Assembly (NCBI GenBank): GCA_963772365.1
Contig: CAVYXA010000001.1
Location: 1,024,001 to 1,088,000 of the forward strand
Source: an uncultured Verrucomicrobiae bacterium
GTDB taxonomy: Bacteria; Verrucomicrobiota; Verrucomicrobiia; Chthoniobacterales; UBA10450
Reading direction: 5' to 3'
Length of the DNA stretch: 64,000 bases
Made by a program: the position numbers and the translations under genes. The notes beneath the pieces were generated by a model that was given only the letters and a program-made list of their open reading frames with translations, was not told where the DNA came from and searched no databases. Positions 41,567 to 52,167 of the stretch are shown in pieces; the first letter of the stretch is position 1, and each line of letters starts with the position of its first letter.

Positions 41567-43552
41567 ATGAGCTTGAACATCGAGATTCTTTCGAAGGCGG
41601 CAACGCAGGCGCGCGGCTTGGCCATGGACGCCGTGCAAGCTTCGAAGTCGGGCCACCTCGGGCTGCCGTTGGGCTGCGCGGAAATGGGCGCGGTGCTTTA
41701 CGGTCATGCTTTGAAATACAACCCAGACCAACCTCGATGGATCAACCGCGATTATTTTGTCCTCTCCGCCGGTCATGGCAGCATGTTTCTTTACGCTTGG
41801 TTGCACATGAGCGGCTACGATCTGCCGGTGTCGGAGATCAAACGATTCCGGCAATTGCATTCCAAAACGCCAGGACATCCCGAATTTTTTGAAACACCCG
41901 GCGTGGAATGCACCACGGGTCCGTTAGGCCAGGGTGTCGGGAATTCCGTGGGAATCGCAGTAGCCATGAAAATGGCGGCCGCGCGTTTCAACACCGCCGA
42001 GCACAAGATATTCGACCAACATGTGATCTGTCTTGCGGGAGATGGCGATTTACAGGAAGGCGTAGCCGCGGAAGCGAGCGCATTCGCCGGTCACTTCGGA
42101 CTCGACAATCTCATTCTGATTTACGATTCCAACTCCGTCACGCTCGATGCGCCGGCCAAGGACACGCAAAGCGAAGATACCGGCGCGCGATTCAAAGCCT
42201 ACGGATTCGATGTCCAGGAGATTAACGGTCAGGACATGCAGCAGTTCCTCGATGCACTCAACACGGCGAAGGAACGCGATAATGGCAAACCGCAGTTCAT
42301 CATCGCCCACACGTTGATCGGCAAAGGAATTCCCGAAGTCGAGGGCACATACAAGGCGCACGGCGAAGCGGGAGCGAAATTTGTCGATGCTGCGCGCAAG
42401 TCGCTCGGCCTGCCTGATGAGCACTACTTCGTTTCGCAGGATGTCTACGATTATTTCGCAGAGCACAAAAAGAAACTTCTGGCCGATTACGATCGTTGGG
42501 AAAAAACCTACGGTGAATGGCGCAATAAAAATCCCGATAAAGCGAAGCTGCTCGACGACGCCATCGACCGAAAAATTCCCAGCGATCTGTTGTCGAAAAT
42601 CCCGGAGTTCCCGAAAGATGCGAAATTGGCCACACGCAAAGCGGGCAGCGAAGCATTGCAGCCAATCGCGCAAGCTGTGCCGTTGCTCATGAGCGGCAGC
42701 GCCGATCTGCATGGATCGACGTTGAATTACATTAAGGACGGCGAGGATTTTAACCGGAATAATCCCGGTGGCCGTAACATCCGATTCGGAATTCGCGAAC
42801 ATGGCATGTGCGCCATTCTGAATGGCATTTCCTATCATGGAATTTTTCGCGCGTCGGGCGCGACATTCACAGTGTTCACCGATTACTGCCGGCCATCGAT
42901 CCGGCTGGCTGCATTGTCGAAGCTCCCGAACATTTACATTTTCACGCACGACTCGATTGGAGTAGGCGAGGATGGCCCGACACATCAACCGGTGGAAACG
43001 ATCAGCTCCGTGCGCGTCATGCCGCAAATCGATGTGATTCGTCCAGCCGATCCGGAAGAAACCGCTGGCGCCTTTGTTGCCGCGATGGAACGAATCGATG
43101 GTCCAACGCTAATCGCGCTCACGCGGCAGGTCGTTCCAGTGTTAAACGATGTCGATGTTAAACTGCGGCGCGAAGGTGTGGCACGCGGTGGTTACACTGC
43201 GAAAAAGGAAACGGGCAAACTCGATCTCATCATTCTATCGTGCGGCAGCGAGCTGCAGCACGCCCTCGCCGCGGCGAAAGAACTCGGCGACAGCGTCCGG
43301 GTCGTCTCGATGTCGTGCTTCGAGCGGTTCAATCGCCAGCCCGAAAAATATCGCCAAGAAGTTTTGCCGGATTCATGCCGGAAACGAATCGCGATCGAAG
43401 CCGGCGTGCCCGATCTCTGGTATCAATACGTCGGTCTCGACGGGAAAGTCATCGGCCTTCATCGGTTCGGCCTCAGCGCTCCCGGAAGTGAAGTCATGAA
43501 AGAGTTCGGCATCGACGCCCAGCACGTAATCGAAGTCGCGAGATCTTTGTGA
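41567..43552 (+). CDS. tkt: Transketolase
   Basis: [44 protein letters not shown]. Confidence 0.97.
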   Translation: MSLNIEILSKAATQARGLAMDAVQASKSGHLGLPLGCAEMGAVLYGHALKYNPDQPRWINRDYFVLSAGHGSMFLYAWLHMSGYDLPVSEIKRFRQLHSKTPGHPEFFETPGVECTTGPLGQGVGNSVGIAVAMKMAAARFNTAEHKIFDQHVICLAGDGDLQEGVAAEASAFAGHFGLDNLILIYDSNSVTLDAPAKDTQSEDTGARFKAYGFDVQEINGQDMQQFLDALNTAKERDNGKPQFIIAHTLIGKGIPEVEGTYKAHGEAGAKFVDAARKSLGLPDEHYFVSQDVYDYFAEHKKKLLADYDRWEKTYGEWRNKNPDKAKLLDDAIDRKIPSDLLSKIPEFPKDAKLATRKAGSEALQPIAQAVPLLMSGSADLHGSTLNYIKDGEDFNRNNPGGRNIRFGIREHGMCAILNGISYHGIFRASGATFTVFTDYCRPSIRLAALSKLPNIYIFTHDSIGVGEDGPTHQPVETISSVRVMPQIDVIRPADPEETAGAFVAAMERIDGPTLIALTRQVVPVLNDVDVKLRREGVARGGYTAKKETGKLDLIILSCGSELQHALAAAKELGDSVRVVSMSCFERFNRQPEKYRQEVLPDSCRKRIAIEAGVPDLWYQYVGLDGKVIGLHRFGLSAPGSEVMKEFGIDAQHVIEVARSL

Positions 43553-43562
43553 ATCGCAACCT

Positions 43563-44636
43563 TCAGGGTCGCACAAAGAAGAATGCCATCGCCAACAGAA
43601 CGTAAATCGCCAGCAACAGCACGCCTTCAAACCAGGTCGTTTCGCCATCGGCGGCTATCGCATTTACTGCAAAAGTCACTCCAGCGATCGCGATCAGTTC
43701 CAATGGATTTTCGAAAACCAGATTCATCGGCGTTCCGATAAAGTAGGACACGATCACGAGTAGCGGAGCGACAAGGAGCGCGACTTGAATGCTGGATCCC
43801 ACAGTAATGCTCATGACCAAGCCCATCCGATCACGTCGCGCAAAATAGACCGCGGCCACATATTCGGCTGCGTTGCCGACCACTGCCAGCACGACCACTC
43901 CGAGAAAAAATCGCGTCAGTCCCAATTGTGCCGCAGTCTTATCCAGCGCACCAGAGATGAGCTGAGATTCCCACGCAGTGAGCGCCGTTCCGGCGAGCAG
44001 AACACTGAGCGAAATCCAGATCGGCCAGGGCGAGCGATCGGATTCTCCCTGGGTTTTTTCAAACGCGAATACCTCGCGATGCGTAATCAGGGTGTAGATC
44101 AGATTTGCCACGTAAACCAGAATCAGAACTACGGCCACGCCGAGACTCAGGCCCTCATCCAAACGGGTCGTGTCCGAAGAATTGAGAATCCCACGTTCTG
44201 TGTAATTGAACAGCGCCGGCACCAGCAGACCGATCATCGCCAGGATCAAGAGACTCGAAAGCAGGCCAGCGCGCTCGCGCTGAAAACATTGCTGTGTGCG
44301 TTTCCAGCTTCCGGCGAGGATTGCCAGGCCGAGACCGAGCAAACTGTTCCCGATAATGGAACCGGTGATCTGGCCTTTCACCACGCTGGCGTGACCGGAA
44401 GCCAGAACAAAAAGCGCCAGAACAAACTCTGCAGTGTTTCCAAACGTAACGTTCAACAATCCGCCCACTGCGGGCGTGGCCCTCGCTGCCAATTGCTCCG
44501 TCGCCCGACGAATCCATTCTGCCAGAGGCACGATCGCCAGGATCGACAAGACGAAGATCCAGATCGGCCCAGCGTGAAACAAATACTGCAATGCCAGGGA
44601 GACAGGAATTAACAGAAGTAACCAAACAAAGATCAT
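43563..44636 (-). CDS. Ca2+/H+ exchanger (CAX/ChaA family)
   Basis: [33 protein letters not shown] alpha repeats. Confidence 0.92.
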   Translation of the reverse strand: MIFVWLLLLIPVSLALQYLFHAGPIWIFVLSILAIVPLAEWIRRATEQLAARATPAVGGLLNVTFGNTAEFVLALFVLASGHASVVKGQITGSIIGNSLLGLGLAILAGSWKRTQQCFQRERAGLLSSLLILAMIGLLVPALFNYTERGILNSSDTTRLDEGLSLGVAVVLILVYVANLIYTLITHREVFAFEKTQGESDRSPWPIWISLSVLLAGTALTAWESQLISGALDKTAAQLGLTRFFLGVVVLAVVGNAAEYVAAVYFARRDRMGLVMSITVGSSIQVALLVAPLLVIVSYFIGTPMNLVFENPLELIAIAGVTFAVNAIAADGETTWFEGVLLLAIYVLLAMAFFFVRP

Positions 44637-44682
44637 CTTTGCTTAATTGAGCGCGAAATTCTGATATGGAAATCCGCCGCGC

Positions 44683-44776
44683 TGTCATGTTGAGCGGAGT
44701 GAAACATCTCTAACTATTATTCGCAGCCGGGTCGGACCGAAATGGTCGGAGATTCTTCGCTGCGCTCAGAATGACA
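44683..44776. repeat. REP-like family A pair
   Basis: tgtcatgttgagcggagtgaaacatctc ... gagattcttcgctgcgctcagaatgaca. Confidence 0.82.
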
Positions 44777-44790
44777 GCGAAAAAAAAAAT

Positions 44791-46281
44791 CTAAAACGCT
44801 TCGTCCGGTTCGTTCACATTGCGGGCGCGCGTTTCGAATCGGGTGAATTCCTTCAGGAACGTCAGCGGGATTTCGCCCACAGGGCCATTGCGTTGTTTGG
44901 CGATGATGAATTCCGCTTCGCCAGATTTTTCTATGCGTGCCTCTTCGTCCTCTTCGTAAAGTTCGGGTCGCACCAGCAATCCAACCAGATCGGCATCCTG
45001 TTCGATCGATCCCGATTCCCGCAGATCGCTCAAACGTGGCTTACCGCCGGAGCGTTGTTCCGGTTGTCGATTTAGCTGCGCAACCACGATCACAGGAATT
45101 TTCAATTCCTTGGCCAGTCCTTTCAGTCCTGCGGAAATTTCCGAGATTTCCAACTGTCGATTGTCTTGGGCCCTGCGCGATGTCGATCTTAACAACTGGA
45201 GGTAATCGACGACCAGGAGTTGCACATCATGCTGGGCTTTGAGCCGCCGGGCTTTGGCGCGCAATTCCAAAATACTCAGCCCCGCGCTGTCATCGATGAA
45301 AATTTTCGCTTCGGCCAGTTTTGAAGCCGCAGCGGTCAAACTCGGGAAATCGCGCTCGGCCAGAAATCCATCGCGAACTTTTTGCAAGTTTACTCGGGCC
45401 CGGGAACAGAGCAGCCGTTGCACGAGCTGCTGGCTGCTCATTTCCAAACTGAATACACCGACCGCCAGATTATCGTGCACCGCGACGTGCTCGACGATGT
45501 TCATCGCGAGTGCGGTTTTTCCCATACTCGGCCGCGCCGCGATGACGATCATTTCCGCCGGATGCAACCCGCTGGTCATCCGATCGAATTCGACGAAGCC
45601 GGTCGAAATTCCAGTGATCCCCCCTTTGCGCTCGTAAAGTTTCTCGATCGATTCGATCGCTTCCATGACTTGGTCCTTCATGGAAAGCATCTGGCCTTTG
45701 AACCGGTCCTCGCCGACGGCGAAGATTTTCTGTTCCACTTCATCGAGCAGATTGTTCACTTCATCCTGCTCTTCATATGCGCGCCGGACGCTCTCGGTGG
45801 CTGCGGTAATGATCGACCGCAGGAGATACTTGTCGCGAACGATGTCGATGTAATACTCGATGTTCGCCGCCGTGGGCACGAACGTGTAGAGACTCGTTAC
45901 GAACGCCGGGCCGCCGATTGCGTCGAGCAAATTTCGGTCGCGCAGAATTTGGGTGAATGTAATCAGATCGATGGCCTGACCTGCATTCCAGAGTTCGACC
46001 AGAACAGTGTAAATGGTGCGATGCGCCGGAACGTAAAAGTATTCTTCGTTAATTTTCTCGACGCACTCCGCGATCGCATCGCGCGGTGAGATTAACATCG
46101 ACCCGAGCACGCCCTGCTCGGCTTCGACACTGTGAGGCGGCGTCCGGTGAATATCCTGGGCAGAACCTGTGGGCGAAATGGGAATAACATTTTCGCCGCT
46201 CCGCGCTGCCGAGCCTCGGCCAGCGCCATTACCTGCTTTGCCAGACTCTCGACCAATCCCGGAGGATGGTTGAGTCGCCAT
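44791..46281 (-). CDS. dnaB: Replicative DNA helicase
   Basis: PPHSVEAEQ, AARPSMGKT, VDYLQL, SDLRESGSIEQDAD, KQRNGP. Confidence 0.97.
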   Translation of the reverse strand: MATQPSSGIGRESGKAGNGAGRGSAARSGENVIPISPTGSAQDIHRTPPHSVEAEQGVLGSMLISPRDAIAECVEKINEEYFYVPAHRTIYTVLVELWNAGQAIDLITFTQILRDRNLLDAIGGPAFVTSLYTFVPTAANIEYYIDIVRDKYLLRSIITAATESVRRAYEEQDEVNNLLDEVEQKIFAVGEDRFKGQMLSMKDQVMEAIESIEKLYERKGGITGISTGFVEFDRMTSGLHPAEMIVIAARPSMGKTALAMNIVEHVAVHDNLAVGVFSLEMSSQQLVQRLLCSRARVNLQKVRDGFLAERDFPSLTAAASKLAEAKIFIDDSAGLSILELRAKARRLKAQHDVQLLVVDYLQLLRSTSRRAQDNRQLEISEISAGLKGLAKELKIPVIVVAQLNRQPEQRSGGKPRLSDLRESGSIEQDADLVGLLVRPELYEEDEEARIEKSGEAEFIIAKQRNGPVGEIPLTFLKEFTRFETRARNVNEPDEAF

Positions 46282-46851
46282 TTATTTTTCTTCTGTTTTC
46301 TCTTCCTTCTTCCGTCGGAAAAACGAGCGATGTTTCTTCTCGGGCGGAGCCGCAGCTCCCGGCGCGCCTTCTTCGGCGCCGCCGTCGCGAGGTTCCTCGG
46401 TCGATTTCACAAGGAAATGGAGGGTCGCGCTCACATCATGATGCAATTTGATTTGCACTTCGTGTTCGCCGGTATCTTTCACGTGGCGGTCCAAGATAAC
46501 CTTATGTCGATCGATCTCGGCCCCAATTTCGTTCTTAAGTCGAGTGACAATATCCTGGGCCGTAACCGATCCAAAGGCTTTGCCGCCTTCGCCTGTAGCC
46601 AGGGTGAACGTGATATGCAGCTTGCCGATGCGGCGGGCCAGCTCCTCGGCTTCATTCAATTCGCGCGCCTCGCGCTCGGCCCGTTTCTTTTTGAGATTAT
46701 CGAGCTGTCGCAATGCCGCCGGCGTGACTTCATAAGCCTTGCCGCGCGGAAGCAAATAGTTGCGCGCGTACCCACGACGCACCTTTACCACATCAGCTTC
46801 AGCACCAAGGCCAGGCACGTTATCGGTCAAAATGATTTGCGTAGAAGGCAT
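46282..46851 (-). CDS. rplI: 50S ribosomal protein L9
   Basis: VKVRRGYARNYLLP, KAFGSVT. Confidence 0.96.
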   Translation of the reverse strand: MPSTQIILTDNVPGLGAEADVVKVRRGYARNYLLPRGKAYEVTPAALRQLDNLKKKRAEREARELNEAEELARRIGKLHITFTLATGEGGKAFGSVTAQDIVTRLKNEIGAEIDRHKVILDRHVKDTGEHEVQIKLHHDVSATLHFLVKSTEEPRDGGAEEGAPGAAAPPEKKHRSFFRRKKEEKTEEK

Positions 46852-47071
46852 TTTTACAGTTTATCTCGCGCTAGAAAAATTTCGGGAGAGCAAGCGCGGT
46901 CACGAGTATAGAAGTACGAATGCAAGTGTCAACGCGTAGAGGAAATAAAATTCAATGCGCCGCTGGTTTCTGTCCTGAAGGAAGGTGGATCGGCTTCTCC
47001 GAAGACGATGGTAACAAATGTCGCCGAAGGCGCACGATGGATCTGGCAGTGATATCACAACGCCTGCGGTG

Positions 47072-47245
47072 GGTGCCGCCGTTGTTAATCACGGCAGCAT
47101 TAATTGGCCAATACCCGAGAGTCTGGCGCCGGCATTAACCGTGGTCGCGCTGGCGTGCGAAACATCCACCCGGAGTTCGCCGTCATTGATCGTTGTCGCG
47201 CCGGTGTAAGTACTTGCACCGGCCAAGATGATTCTACCGGTCTCC
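47072..47245 (-). pseudogene. Remnant of an autotransporter-associated beta-strand repeat protein
   Basis: Translates ETGRIILAGASTYTGATTINDGELRVD...VNAGARLSGIG, then frameshifts into INAAVINNGGT; no intact ORF. Confidence 0.6.
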
Positions 47246-47282
47246 GCAATTTTGAATCGAAAAAACTACATCCACGTTGCGA

Positions 47283-48287
47283 TCACGAAATTTTCCGTTC
47301 GCCAGCAGGAACTAAAACCCGCAACGCTTTTTTCTGGATTTGGAATTTGACCGGACAATTGCCGATGAGTTCGCCGTCGAGTTCTACCGGGACATTCTGA
47401 TCGCTCGCGACCTGCAAATGCCGGGTCTGAAAATATTCGATCTCGGGCACTCGGATGTCGGAGCTGAACACGACATCCTGAAGATATTTGATGATCTCCA
47501 GGTAACCGAGTTGCTTGAACACGACGACGTCGAACAAGCCGTCGTCGATCACGGCGTGTTTGAAAAACGGAAACGGCCCGCCGTAAAGACGGCCGTTACC
47601 GATCAGAACAAATGATCCTTCAAGATTGTAGCGTGCGCTCTCCTGAGCGCACTCGCACCGGGTGCGCGAACCTGAAACTTCGCTGTGGACAGCGGATGCT
47701 CCAAGGTTGGTGAAGGCGTTCTCCGATTCGATGGACAATCTCGGCGGGGTGCGGCCGGCAATTTGGGCGGCCGAAATGAGATAACTGAGCGGCCCGAAGC
47801 TGCGTTTGAAAGCGAGACTGGTTTCTTTGACAACCTGGGCGTCGAGCCCGATGCCGCCGAGCTGCACGAAATATTTTCCATTCGCGCTGGGAAGATCGAC
47901 ACGGCGCGTCTTCCCGGCCCGAATGATTTCCCAGCAATCTTCTAGATTGCTTGAAGGTAGCCCGAGCTCCATCGCAAAAACATTCACTGTTCCCATCGGC
48001 AACAATCCCAACATCGCGTCGCTGCCGGCCAGCCCGTTCACGACTTCGTGAATCGTGCCGTCGCCACCCGCAGCGACGACTTTTTGAAAACCTTCCTGCA
48101 CAGCGCGGCGGGCCAGCACTTCGGCATCGCCGCAGCGCGAGGTCGTGCAGAATGCGCAATCCCCGATCAGTTCTTCGATGCGCGAGCGCAGGCGTTGGGC
48201 GCGATCGCTGCATGCAGCCGGATTGAGAATGACCAGCGTGTCACTCGTGCGCGAAAACCTGGAAATTTGCTTTGATCTTTTCTTCAA
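47283..48287 (-). CDS. Diacylglycerol kinase-family lipid kinase (YegS/DagK-like); start uncertain
   Basis: ILNPAA, AGGDGT, PMGTVNVFA, GNGRLYGG, DDG, ELDGE. Confidence 0.85.
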   Translation of the reverse strand: MKKRSKQISRFSRTSDTLVILNPAACSDRAQRLRSRIEELIGDCAFCTTSRCGDAEVLARRAVQEGFQKVVAAGGDGTIHEVVNGLAGSDAMLGLLPMGTVNVFAMELGLPSSNLEDCWEIIRAGKTRRVDLPSANGKYFVQLGGIGLDAQVVKETSLAFKRSFGPLSYLISAAQIAGRTPPRLSIESENAFTNLGASAVHSEVSGSRTRCECAQESARYNLEGSFVLIGNGRLYGGPFPFFKHAVIDDGLFDVVVFKQLGYLEIIKYLQDVVFSSDIRVPEIEYFQTRHLQVASDQNVPVELDGELIGNCPVKFQIQKKALRVLVPAGERKIS

Positions 48288-48311
48288 ACTCGGTCTGCGT
48301 AACGTCTGCGC

Positions 48312-49889
48312 GTGGGAAGATTGCCTCGGATTATTTTGATCGCCACTGGAAGCCTGATCGCGCTCTTCGCGATTTTTTTCCTCGGCGTGAACCTGTATGT
48401 GCAATCCAAGGCGACACAAGCCAAGATTCAGCACGAACTTAGCCATCAGCTCGGCATGCCATTACACATCCGGCAGATTAGCGTCACGCCGTGGGGTGGA
48501 CTGAGGCTTAGCGGCATCACCATTCCACAAACTTTCGGTAACGCGGCAGGCGACTTCCTTGAGGCTAAGGCGTTTCAATTGCGAATTCGATTTTTCTCGC
48601 TGTTCCGCAGACGCCTGGTGATAAAGCAGGTTTCGCTCGTCGATCCTATCGTGATTTGGCAGCAGGATGCCGAAGGCAAATGGCGTTTGCCGGAATCGCG
48701 TAAGGAAAACCGTGGTAGCGCGCGGCCGCTTGCCACGGCGGAGTCTGTTCACGGCGAAAGCGGGCCGAGCGCGCCAGTGCTTGAAGCCGAGCCAACCACG
48801 CAGAAAACTCCCAACACCAAAGGTCGAACACCCAATGTAGAATCAAACCGCGCGCTTGCCGGATCGACGCCAGCAAAGTCATCCGCATTCGCGCCGGAGA
48901 TTCAGCGGATCAATTTGAAGCGAGGCAATTTCACTTTTCTGGATCGCTCTGGAAAAGTAGTTGGCCACCTTGAAGGAGTCGAATTTCGTTCGATCCTGCC
49001 CAGTAATGTTTCCGCGCGGGGCAATTTAAGGATCGGGACAGCTTCATTGCGGGATCGCTTTTTCATCAAGCATTTGCAGTCCCCTTTTAGTTATGAGCCC
49101 GACGTGCTCGAGCTTTCCAAAATTTCCGCGGAAGTAGGCGGCGGAAAGATCAGCGGGCATTTCGCAATTCAACCCGAAGCTGAAGATGCGCCGTTCACGG
49201 CGAACCTGAATTTTCGCGACGTGCAGGCCAATCAGATCATTGTCGACGCCGGCGGGCCTGAGAATGTGGTGCAGGGAAAATTGGACGGAAATTTCGAAAC
49301 GTCGGGCGAAACGGCCGAACCGAACTCGATCACAGGTCGCGGTGCAATTTTTCTGCGCGAAGGTCAGGTTAAGCAATACAGTTTACTAGTCGCGCTGGGG
49401 CAGCTCTTGCAGATTGAAGAATTGATGCAGTTGCAGCTTCAGCAGGCCGAGGCCAATTATCACATCACTCCGGGCGTGGTGAACATCGACAATCTCGTTT
49501 TGCGTTCGCCCAACATTCGGCTCTCTGCCACGGGCACGGTCGCATTTTCCGGAAAGTTGAAGCTCGATTCGCAACTCGCAATCGACGACAAGATTCGAAG
49601 TCAACTTTTCAGCATGGTCCGCAATAACTTCCAGCCAACAAACGAGCCAGGATATTATGGGCTAAAGTTTCAAGTGAACGGCACCATTGAGCGACCGAAG
49701 ACGAACCTGATGGAGCGACTCGTTGGGCGTGGAATAAAGGATTTGTTCAACCAATTCCTGGGCAGCGGACGAACGAAAAAGAAGAAACCTGCTGCGACAG
49801 AAACGGCAACGCCGGAGCCGAGCCCTGCTGAATCACCTGCCAGCCCGTCATTCTCCCCTGCTCCAACTGAAACTTCTCCGACACCATGA
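48312..49889 (+). CDS. AsmA-like protein
   Basis: N-terminal TM anchor, beta-rich body, C-terminal GTVAFSGKL...VNGTIERP. Confidence 0.7.
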   Translation: MGRLPRIILIATGSLIALFAIFFLGVNLYVQSKATQAKIQHELSHQLGMPLHIRQISVTPWGGLRLSGITIPQTFGNAAGDFLEAKAFQLRIRFFSLFRRRLVIKQVSLVDPIVIWQQDAEGKWRLPESRKENRGSARPLATAESVHGESGPSAPVLEAEPTTQKTPNTKGRTPNVESNRALAGSTPAKSSAFAPEIQRINLKRGNFTFLDRSGKVVGHLEGVEFRSILPSNVSARGNLRIGTASLRDRFFIKHLQSPFSYEPDVLELSKISAEVGGGKISGHFAIQPEAEDAPFTANLNFRDVQANQIIVDAGGPENVVQGKLDGNFETSGETAEPNSITGRGAIFLREGQVKQYSLLVALGQLLQIEELMQLQLQQAEANYHITPGVVNIDNLVLRSPNIRLSATGTVAFSGKLKLDSQLAIDDKIRSQLFSMVRNNFQPTNEPGYYGLKFQVNGTIERPKTNLMERLVGRGIKDLFNQFLGSGRTKKKKPAATETATPEPSPAESPASPSFSPAPTETSPTP

Positions 49890-50479
49890 GAGTAATCGCC
49901 GGCACAGCCGGCGGCCTTCGGCTCGCAGTTCCCAAGAGTGGTGTGCGACCAACGATGGACCGGGTGAAAGCCGCGATCTTTTCCAGTCTGGGTGAGGCCG
50001 TGATCGGCGCAAAAGTTCTCGATCTTTTTGCTGGAAGCGGCGGACTTGGGATCGAAGCGCTCAGTCGCGGCGCGGCCTCAGCGGTTTTCGTCGAGCAAGA
50101 TCGACAAGCAGTTTCAGCGATTGAAAAAAATCTCTCTAAGGCGCGATTACAGGGCTGTGTTCGGCCGGCGGGTGTTTTTCAGTGCCTCAAGCGCGCCGCC
50201 GAAAAGGAGAGATTCGACATCATCTTTGCCGATCCACCGTACCAGAAGACAAAGTCGGGTGAACGCTTCACTGAAAAACTTTTGGCAAACGAATTCCTGC
50301 CGCAGTTGCTGGAGCCCGATGGCATTTTCGTTCTGGAAAAGCAACCCGAAGAAGCTCTCCCCGAAATGAAATTTTGGCGTGTTGTCCGTCAGAAAACCTA
50401 CGGCGCTACTGAAGTCTTGTTTCTCACGCGTCTGGAAAGCGATGCGAGAACGCATCGAGCTCCAAAGCACTACGCGTGA
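49886..50479 (+). CDS. rsmD: 16S rRNA m2G966 methyltransferase
   Basis: MRVIAG, RPTMDRVK, LDLFAGSG, EALSRGA, FADPPY. Confidence 0.94.
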   Translation: MRVIAGTAGGLRLAVPKSGVRPTMDRVKAAIFSSLGEAVIGAKVLDLFAGSGGLGIEALSRGAASAVFVEQDRQAVSAIEKNLSKARLQGCVRPAGVFQCLKRAAEKERFDIIFADPPYQKTKSGERFTEKLLANEFLPQLLEPDGIFVLEKQPEEALPEMKFWRVVRQKTYGATEVLFLTRLESDARTHRAPKHYA

Positions 50480-50548
50480 AATCCTTGACGTAATGATTAC
50501 CATTTCGCGAAGCTTTCGGAGTGCGAACGCGTCCTCGCGTCGCTTTTC
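50435..50548. repeat. REP-like family B pair overlapping the rsmD 3' end
   Basis: gaaagcgatgcgagaacgcatcgagctccaaagc ... gctttcggagtgcgaacgcgtcctcgcgtcgctttt. Confidence 0.75.
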
Positions 50549-50566
50549 GGACGCCAGCCACAGTTC

Positions 50567-51871
50567 GTGCACCGCGTGATTCGTTTCATCTACAATCTGC
50601 TTTGGCCAATTGGCCTGCTTTTTTTTCTGCCAGGCTATCTGGTCAAGATGTTCCGGCGTGGCGGTTACCGGAAAAAATTCGGGCAACGGCTGGGTTGGTA
50701 CGATGTCGATCTTCGACGGCGTCTTTCGCAGCGAAGATCGACATGGCTGCACGCGGTGAGCGTGGGCGAAGTCGCGATTGCGTTAAAACTCGCGCGTGCC
50801 CTGCGCAATCTTGAACCAGAGCTGAGTTGCATTCTCACTACCACCACCACAACCGGTTTCGCATTCGCAAATACAAACGCGCCGTCGTGGATCGAAGTGA
50901 TGTATTCGCCGCTCGATTTCTGGCCGATTATGCGGCGGGCGTTTGCGGCGGTCGGTCCCACTAGGGTTTTGCTGGTCGAAGCAGAGGTATGGCCAAATCT
51001 CGTCGCTTTCGCTCACGCGCGCAGGATTCCGGTAGCGCTTGTGAACGCGCGGCTGTCTCCCCGGTCCGAAAAACGGTTCCGCCGTTTCCGATTTTTTGTC
51101 GCGCCGGTTTTTCGTCAGCTCGATCTGGTTTGTGTTCAAAACTCGTTGGACGTCGAGAGATGGAAAGCTCTCGGAGTTGATCCGCAGAAAATTCGCCTCG
51201 TTGGAAGCATTAAATACGATCCGGAGAATGTGCTTGTCGATCCTGCCATTCCACGTGCTGTTCTTGCCGAATTTGGGTTGGAGAAGCGCGTGGTGATCTT
51301 TGGCGGCAGCACCCATCCCGGCGAAGAGAAGATCCTGGCAGAAGTTTTTCGAGCGTTGCGCAGGGAATTTGTCGATCTTCTTCTGCTGCTCGCGCCGCGG
51401 CATGTCGAGCGCGCAACCGAAGTCCAGCGTGGGCTAGAAGCCGCCGGATTTCGCGTTGTGTTGCGAACGCAATCGCCCGTTCAAGATCAATCAATCGATT
51501 GCCTGATTCTCGATTCGACTGGCGAACTGCGGGATTGGTACGGGATCGCCACCGTGGTTTTTATTGGAAAAAGTTTAATCGGCCGCGGCGGACAAAATCC
51601 TGGCGAAGCGATCCTGGCAGGAAAACCTGTCTTGTTTGGACCGCACATGGCGAACTTTGCTGCGCTTGCTGAATCCCTGTTGGCACGGGAAGGCGCGATC
51701 GAAGTGCATTCGACTACCGAATTGCGGCGAGCAACGGCCAGACTTCTACCCGATCGGGAGACGCGGGAGAAGATGGCCCGAAACGCGCGAGAAGTGCTCG
51801 AACTGCATCGCGGAGCAACGAATCGAACTGTTCAACTCATTGTCGATCTTCTTCCGTGTAAGGGAAGCTGA
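50567..51871 (+). CDS. waaA: 3-deoxy-D-manno-octulosonic acid transferase
   Basis: WLHAVSVGE, EAEVWPN, NARLS, GSTHPGEE, APRH, GGQNP. Confidence 0.94.
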   Translation: MHRVIRFIYNLLWPIGLLFFLPGYLVKMFRRGGYRKKFGQRLGWYDVDLRRRLSQRRSTWLHAVSVGEVAIALKLARALRNLEPELSCILTTTTTTGFAFANTNAPSWIEVMYSPLDFWPIMRRAFAAVGPTRVLLVEAEVWPNLVAFAHARRIPVALVNARLSPRSEKRFRRFRFFVAPVFRQLDLVCVQNSLDVERWKALGVDPQKIRLVGSIKYDPENVLVDPAIPRAVLAEFGLEKRVVIFGGSTHPGEEKILAEVFRALRREFVDLLLLLAPRHVERATEVQRGLEAAGFRVVLRTQSPVQDQSIDCLILDSTGELRDWYGIATVVFIGKSLIGRGGQNPGEAILAGKPVLFGPHMANFAALAESLLAREGAIEVHSTTELRRATARLLPDRETREKMARNAREVLELHRGATNRTVQLIVDLLPCKGS

Positions 51872-52005
51872 CAACTTCCTGAGTAAATCCGTTGTGCCGC
51901 TCGTCAACGCGCAGGTGGGCCGGGCGGCCAATTTTTGTGACCACGAAATCAGCGCGGCAATTTGCCTTGGTCGCAACGAATGGAATATTGGCGGCTCATC
52001 TGAAC

Positions 52006-52081
52006 GACCCTATCGTCTAGAGGCCTAGGACATCGCCCTTTCACGGCGGTAACACGGGTTCGAATCCCGTTAGGGTCGCCA
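52006..52081 (+). tRNA. tRNA-Glu (TTC)
   Basis: Acceptor stem GACCCTA/TAGGGTC, anticodon loop CTTTCAC, T-loop GGTTCGAATCC, encoded CCA. Confidence 0.96.
52054..52079 (+). repeat. att core, left copy
   Basis: acgggttcgaatcccgttagggtcgc. Confidence 0.92.
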
Positions 52082-52130
52082 CCTTTTTTCATAGGTAAAT
52101 CGGGCGATTCGTGTCCACTTTCAGATTTGG

Positions 52131-52151
52131 CGTGACAGAAACGTGACAAAT
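52131..52151 (+). promoter_or_regulatory. Putative integrase arm-type sites (tandem CGTGACA)
   Basis: cgtgacagaaacgtgacaaat; counterpart at 62257-62276. Confidence 0.6.
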
Positions 52152-52167
52152 CTTCAAGATCGGCCGC

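Noticed and set aside
42050..43027. Long antisense ORFs (this one and 35146-36099, 13517-14401, 81-680)
   Set aside because: Shadows of well-supported genes on the opposite strand or in another frame, expected in GC-rich coding DNA.
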